This document shows, in pieces, positions 37,147 to 41,891 of a DNA stretch of 41,891 nt. The translations under genes were made by a program, and so were the position numbers. The notes under the pieces are model-generated. The model did not search any database and was not told where the DNA came from. It saw only the letters and a list, made by a program, of their open reading frames with translations. How positions within the stretch are numbered: position 1 is the first letter of the stretch; each line of letters starts with the position of its first letter. The DNA comes from a virus (Duplodnaviria > Caudoviricetes), in IMG/VR virus record IMGVR_UViG_3300035547_000097, positions 1 to 41,891 of that record; one strand, written 5' to 3'.

Positions 37147-37297
37147 TCTTTAAAACCTTCTTAACCTTTTGATATTTTCTCCGGTTATTATCTGCTATTA
37201 TTTGGCCGTTACGCAGTTGCCTGTACTCTCTATTTCTGGGTGCTAAATCATACCCATAAACAATACCACGCGCTTTTCTAGCTTTCTTTTCTCGCAT
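37133..37297 (-). CDS. small basic hypothetical protein
   Basis: Overlaps both neighbours; GGGTGG RBS before MREKK. Confidence 0.5.
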   Translation of the reverse strand: MREKKARKARGIVYGYDLAPRNREYRQLRNGQIIADNNRRKYQKVKKVLKNENS

Positions 37298-39410
37298 CAC
37301 CCACCCCCATTTCATGTTTTATCGGCCTCATATACCTATTCCCGCTCGACAGTCGTTTTTTCACAAACCCATAACTTTGTAATGCCTGAGCTATCCTTCT
37401 CTGGTGAACCATAGTCATATTCCGTACATGCCCGCCTAAGCAGGCCTCATATATCTCTTGTGTCGATATGCTGTCTAACTCAGGCTGATTTTCTAAATAC
37501 TCGTGAATAATACCTTCCCACGGGTCGCCGGCCAGACGGGTCTGAGCGCTTTCTTCTGCCTCTGCCATCAACTTCGGACTCATTAATAACCTTTCTTCTG
37601 TTATATAGGCGTTATATGCCTCCGCGATTAACAGATTTCTCACCTTACCAAACTCTATATAATCTATATCCCTGCAAAAAACACACCAAAATCGCCTGTT
37701 TCCCGTGCCGTCATAAAGATAACCGACCGAGTCGGGGTTTATTGTGCCTAAGAATACACACTGGCGGGGGTATTTCGAACGTTCCCTGGCATATGGTTTG
37801 CGAATATCGTCTTCTGTTCTTGATAAAAAGTTTTTCAGGCTGTCACTCTTGTCCTTTCTGGTTATTGCCATCTCGGCTAACTCTATAACCCAATGTGCAT
37901 GTAAATAAGGCACGCTGTCCTTATCTCTGGGGTCTATCGGGGCATCTCCAAACCACTCACCACCTAATAAACTACATAAGGTACTCTTTCCTATCCCTTG
38001 TTTACCTTCTAAGACCAAAACATAGTCCCACTTACAACCGGGCTCATAGACACGGTTAATCATCGCAAGAAGGAACTTTCTACCCATTTGCCTATGTAAC
38101 GGAGTGTCTGATACCCCGCAATAGTCTATTAACCATGTATCTAGCCGCCTTACACCGTCCCAGCTCAGACTCTCAATATGGTCTCTAACCGGGTGGTGTC
38201 TGTTTCCCGCCGCAACTATATCTATCGCCTTCCAGGTGGTCGAGGATGAGAACTCAACCCCGCCATAGGTTTGGGCTAAATATAGTCTAATTAACTCAAT
38301 CTCCCTGTCATTCACCTCTCTATAACGGTTTATCCGGGCGTCTTCCCATGGCACCAGGCCTTTTACGTCAATACGCTCGGTAAACTCATTAAGTGAGAAC
38401 TTGCCCTGAATACCAACTTCGTTTTTAATTATCTCAACCGCATTTCTCAGGGTAGGTTTAAGAGCACCTAATTTTTTCCTACCGTCGGCGGTCTTTCCTT
38501 TTGTCTTATAGCGGTCAAGAGCGGTATGCCATTTTCCATCAGGCCCATTCAATTCCTTAGAGAAAACTACGTTTGGGTCATTTTTTCCCGGCATCGCCTC
38601 ATTATAGGTATAGGCGTTATTTACTTTTATATGTAGGTCATGCCTATCCCAGGGCGGCTCGCACCGGGGGTTATAGTGTTCATACATTAAAGCCCATGTT
38701 TTATTTGGTGTTAAATTATAATCTCTACCTCGGCAAGCAACCTTAAACGTGGTCTGGTCGCCCTGTTCGCCTTCTATTGCCGGGGGAGCATGTTCTGTAA
38801 GATATTCGATAAATCGTTCTATATTCGGTTTAGAATCGGAGAAACCGGTATGGCGTTCTATCCCTGAATCGATTACATCCCGTTTTAATAACTCAAGTAA
38901 AGAGCCGGGGGCTTCAACCGGCTCAAAGGGTGGGGTTAAGAACTGATAATTTTTGTCTTGTTCTCTGATAGAACCCGCACCGATAACATATGCACCTTTA
39001 GATAAAAACTCAATCCCGGGAAAACCCCTTATCACCTTGCGTATATTAAAGTTAGCCGGTTTGCGTAAATAGATATGAAGCCCGCCGCCCGCTGTTTTTA
39101 CAATGGTCGCTTTTTGTTGTGCCTCGTGTAACATTGGCACTTGTTCTTTTAACCTCGTCCATACTTTCTCTCCCTTCATGTTGCGGGGGTCTATGTCTAT
39201 AATCAGGTCATCGGCTTTAAGTTTTACCCCGAACATACCGAAGGGGTAGCCGAACTGCGAGGGTTGGGTATCAACCTTACTCTCCTTCCAGCGCAACCCC
39301 TCTAGCGGGTTCTTAGTCGGTTGGCAGGGAAACGTCGCCCAACCCGCTTGCGCATAGACCCTGACACAATCAATTAGAGTTGAAGGGATCGTCTTTGCGC
39401 TCTGTCTCAT
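37278..39410 (-). CDS. bifunctional primase-polymerase fused to a VirE (VapE) P-loop helicase
   Basis: GW..FP, IDID, KTAGGGLHIY, C.PPW, WDGV.RL, EGKQGIGKS, IELAE and TGNRRF motifs. Confidence 0.92.
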   Translation of the reverse strand: MRQSAKTIPSTLIDCVRVYAQAGWATFPCQPTKNPLEGLRWKESKVDTQPSQFGYPFGMFGVKLKADDLIIDIDPRNMKGEKVWTRLKEQVPMLHEAQQKATIVKTAGGGLHIYLRKPANFNIRKVIRGFPGIEFLSKGAYVIGAGSIREQDKNYQFLTPPFEPVEAPGSLLELLKRDVIDSGIERHTGFSDSKPNIERFIEYLTEHAPPAIEGEQGDQTTFKVACRGRDYNLTPNKTWALMYEHYNPRCEPPWDRHDLHIKVNNAYTYNEAMPGKNDPNVVFSKELNGPDGKWHTALDRYKTKGKTADGRKKLGALKPTLRNAVEIIKNEVGIQGKFSLNEFTERIDVKGLVPWEDARINRYREVNDREIELIRLYLAQTYGGVEFSSSTTWKAIDIVAAGNRHHPVRDHIESLSWDGVRRLDTWLIDYCGVSDTPLHRQMGRKFLLAMINRVYEPGCKWDYVLVLEGKQGIGKSTLCSLLGGEWFGDAPIDPRDKDSVPYLHAHWVIELAEMAITRKDKSDSLKNFLSRTEDDIRKPYARERSKYPRQCVFLGTINPDSVGYLYDGTGNRRFWCVFCRDIDYIEFGKVRNLLIAEAYNAYITEERLLMSPKLMAEAEESAQTRLAGDPWEGIIHEYLENQPELDSISTQEIYEACLGGHVRNMTMVHQRRIAQALQSYGFVKKRLSSGNRYMRPIKHEMGVGDARKES

Positions 39411-39603
39411 CGTTACCCCCTTTAGGTACATATGTCTTTGCCAAAAATTGTTCTATGTCCGCCTGTGTAAATCTGCGTGAGTTTCCTATCATATAGAAAC
39501 CTATCCTACCTTCTTGGCAATACCTACGCAAGGTAACCGGGTGTATTCCTAAAATTTTCGCTGTTTGGTTAGTATCTAAATACTTAACTTCATATTCACT
39601 CAT
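39370..39603 (-). CDS. excisionase-like helix-turn-helix (HTH_17) DNA-binding protein
   Basis: YLDT.QTAKILGIH..TLRRY..EGRI...RRF...DIEQF. Confidence 0.8.
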   Translation of the reverse strand: MSEYEVKYLDTNQTAKILGIHPVTLRRYCQEGRIGFYMIGNSRRFTQADIEQFLAKTYVPKGGNDETERKDDPFNSN

Positions 39604-39648
39604 TTTTCACCTCCTTTTGTTATATGTTTAACTTTCTTATCTTTTCTT

Positions 39649-40761
39649 TCATATGTTCTCCTTATCAAATAAAGTCCTATTCTCATTTATCCTTTTCTTT
39701 GCTATTTTTATATATTCTGGGTTTAATTCTATACCAATATATTTTCTGTTTAATTTTTTAGCTACTACACCTACTGTTCCCGAGCCAAAGAAAGGGTCTA
39801 ATACTGTCCCCCCTTTAGGACACCCCGCTTTTACCATAGGCTCAATTAACTTTTCAGGGAAAGTGGCAAAGTGTGCTTCTTTGAAGGGTTTGGTTGCTAT
39901 CTTCCACACGGAGCGTTTGTTGCGTTTGGGGTATGTTTTACCTTGTTTTATATTCTTAAATCCACTTCTTGTCGCTCCATATTCTTTTAATTTATTTTTA
40001 CTTTCATTCGTCATAGCTGACCTTTGATTTCTTCCCCTGTGGCTTTCTGGGTCTTTGCTGCTTTCTTTTATCGCCTCATTATCATAGTAATATTTCTTAT
40101 TCTTGCTCATTAGGAATACATACTCGTGTGCCTTTGTACATCTATCTCTTACGCTTTCGGGCATAGGATTAGGTTTGTGCCAGATTATATCTTGACGGAG
40201 ATACCAGCCGTCTGCTCTTAAAGCGAATGCGGTCATCCATGGGATACCTACCAAGTCCTTTGGCTTTATCGTTTCGTGTTTTCCTATATTTTTCTGATGA
40301 TAAGCACATTGTCCTGTTGCACCAGTATTGCTGTTTTGTTTATCAGAGATAGGGCTTTTGTTCCCTCTATTATTCCCACCGCCCCAATAAGAATCGCCGA
40401 GGTTAAGCCACAAAGTTCCTTCCTTTTTCAGCACTCTTTTGACTTCTCTAAAAACTTCTACCATATTCTTGACACATTCTTCAGGTGTCTTTTCTAAGCC
40501 GAGTTGTAAGTCTATTCTTTTAGCACCGCATTTCCCACATATATTTTGATAAAATTTTTTATATCCTTCTTGATTTCTATCTGCTCTTTGTCCACCGTGT
40601 TTGTTTAGGGTTTCTATGTGGTCGCACTCTGCACTCCCGCCTTCCCATTTCGCTGTGCCATAATCACGGAGACCCCAATAAGGCGGCGATGTAATGCAGC
40701 AATTCACACTCTCATCCGGTAATTCTTTTAATTTAGTAATGCAATCGCCTTGTATAATCAT
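39649..40761 (-). CDS. beta-class DNA methyltransferase (SPPY, likely N4-cytosine)
   Basis: TSPPY, WLNLGDSY, IIWHKPNPMPES, HFATFP and VLDPFFGSGT motifs. Confidence 0.92.
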   Translation of the reverse strand: MIIQGDCITKLKELPDESVNCCITSPPYWGLRDYGTAKWEGGSAECDHIETLNKHGGQRADRNQEGYKKFYQNICGKCGAKRIDLQLGLEKTPEECVKNMVEVFREVKRVLKKEGTLWLNLGDSYWGGGNNRGNKSPISDKQNSNTGATGQCAYHQKNIGKHETIKPKDLVGIPWMTAFALRADGWYLRQDIIWHKPNPMPESVRDRCTKAHEYVFLMSKNKKYYYDNEAIKESSKDPESHRGRNQRSAMTNESKNKLKEYGATRSGFKNIKQGKTYPKRNKRSVWKIATKPFKEAHFATFPEKLIEPMVKAGCPKGGTVLDPFFGSGTVGVVAKKLNRKYIGIELNPEYIKIAKKRINENRTLFDKENI

Positions 40762-41078
40762 TCATCATCCCCCTCAAAAACAACCGGGATTCCAAGTTCC
40801 CTTGCCCTTTTTATCTCTGCTTTTGTCCCTTCTGAGGTATGCCAATTATTCAGGACATATATTTCATCACAAGCTTCAAGCCATGCCATAGAATATCTCC
40901 TGTAATCTTCTAAGGTTAGATCCGCATACCATTGAAATTGAAAATCTAAGAAAGGGCAAAAAGGAATATCCCCTCTTTTTATAATCTCTACACATTTCTT
41001 CATTCCTTTCTTTATGTTGTTAAGGACTTTTATCACATCGGTGTCGTTGTATTTTCCGGCTACGTATATTTTTTTCAT
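40758..41078 (-). CDS. DUF4406/DUF1937-like protein (nucleoside deoxyribosyltransferase-like fold)
   Basis: IYVAG.Y, PFCP, CDEIYVL..W..SEG.KAE and A.ELGIPV motifs. Confidence 0.75.
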   Translation of the reverse strand: MKKIYVAGKYNDTDVIKVLNNIKKGMKKCVEIIKRGDIPFCPFLDFQFQWYADLTLEDYRRYSMAWLEACDEIYVLNNWHTSEGTKAEIKRARELGIPVVFEGDDE

Positions 41079-41170
41079 GCGTTCTCCTTGTTTAATCTCT
41101 TTATTCTAAAAATTGTGTTTCTCTTAGGGCTTTTATCTCTTCGTTAAATTCTTTGTTTTCTTGTTTTAGT

Positions 41171-41320
41171 CTAGCGATTGTGTCTAGGTGTATCCTTAAT
41201 TGGTATTTTACAAATGTCTGATAAGTCAGCCCAACTATAATGGTCTGTAACAGAACTATTCATCATTTTACCCTGATACTTCCAAGGCGGGTCAGCATAT
41301 ATTATTTGGTATTTTTTCAT
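41171..41320 (-). pseudogene. truncated MT-A70 methyltransferase (49 aa)
   Basis: MKKYQIIYADPPWKY...DHY....SDICKIPIKD then a stop; paralogous to the N-terminus of 360-929. Not in the ORF track. Confidence 0.8.
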
Positions 41321-41891
41321 TCTCTCACCATAGCTTTTAGGGTTTTGATTTGTTCTTCATAATAGTCAGCAGCTGTGCTTCTCCATATACCTTGAAATTT
41401 TTCTTTATCATATATTTCCAACCCTCTTATTGCTTCCTTTAGTTTATGATTTTCTTCTTTTAATTTATACATTTCTCCAAAACTTGAGCAGGCTTCTGCT
41501 GATATCTCTTTTTCATTTTCTATTTCTTCCTTTAGCTTTTGATACTCTTTAAAAATTAAATCATAGTCTTGGTGTAATGCTTCGTTCTCTTCCTTTAGCT
41601 GGGAGTTTTGTTGTTTGATATTGTTAATTTTATCTACATGTATTCTTTTCCTTATACAATATCTTTTTTCTGTTTCTCTTAGTTCCTTATTTTCTTTTAC
41701 AAGTTTGGAGTTTTCTTGTTGGAGTTTATTCTTATTGTTTATTATTTTTACTAATGATAATTCTATATCACATTCATCTTCTTCTTTTAAAATTCTCCCA
41801 ATAAGTCTTTTCGCTAATGCCATATAAAGTAAATCAGCTGTTGTTTTTCTGTTTTTTCTCAACTCCTCATTCTCTTTGAGTAGGTGTTGGT
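41317..41891 (-). CDS. coiled-coil hypothetical protein, 5' end off the window
   Basis: Frame is open to the window edge; repeated LKEEN-type heptads. Confidence 0.6.
   Translation of the reverse strand, partial: QHLLKENEELRKNRKTTADLLYMALAKRLIGRILKEEDECDIELSLVKIINNKNKLQQENSKLVKENKELRETEKRYCIRKRIHVDKINNIKQQNSQLKEENEALHQDYDLIFKEYQKLKEEIENEKEISAEACSSFGEMYKLKEENHKLKEAIRGLEIYDKEKFQGIWRSTAADYYEEQIKTLKAMVRE

Noticed and set aside
1-41891. tRNA/rRNA genes or an alternative genetic code
   Set aside because: No cloverleaf or rRNA-like segment was seen, and long genes are intact under the standard code.

Overview
The window looks like a near-complete genome (about 42 kb) of a podovirus-like tailed phage with BPP-1/APSE-like organisation. 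Two gene blocks diverge from an AT-rich, repeat-rich non-coding region (3845-4813). The plus strand (4814-30281) holds the packaging and virion module: a putative terS, terL with a 120-aa mini-intein, a GNAT protein, portal, scaffold, major capsid, tail tubular A and B, three putative ejection proteins, two paralogous tail fibres and a small membrane/lysis cluster. The minus strand (3844-1 and 41891-30357) holds early and replication genes: prim-pol/VirE, SNF2-like helicase, DUF2800 nuclease, DUF2815 SSB, family A DNA polymerase, RuvC-like resolvase, three DNA methyltransferases plus an MTase fragment, a SleB-like hydrolase and an HNH protein. The most striking element is a diversity-generating retroelement (DGR) at the end of the second tail fibre. 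Its 110-bp VR/TR pair differs at 19 positions, 18 of them TR adenines, and the RNA spacer structures flanking the TR are retained. There is no avd gene, and the reverse transcriptase is cut to 41 codons by an apparent deletion, so the DGR is either frozen or dependent on an RT supplied in trans. Other unexplained structure includes a tandem 36-nt RNA-like motif in the capsid leader and nested palindromes and iteron-like repeats in the divergent region. All product calls come from motif recognition by eye; no database searches were run.
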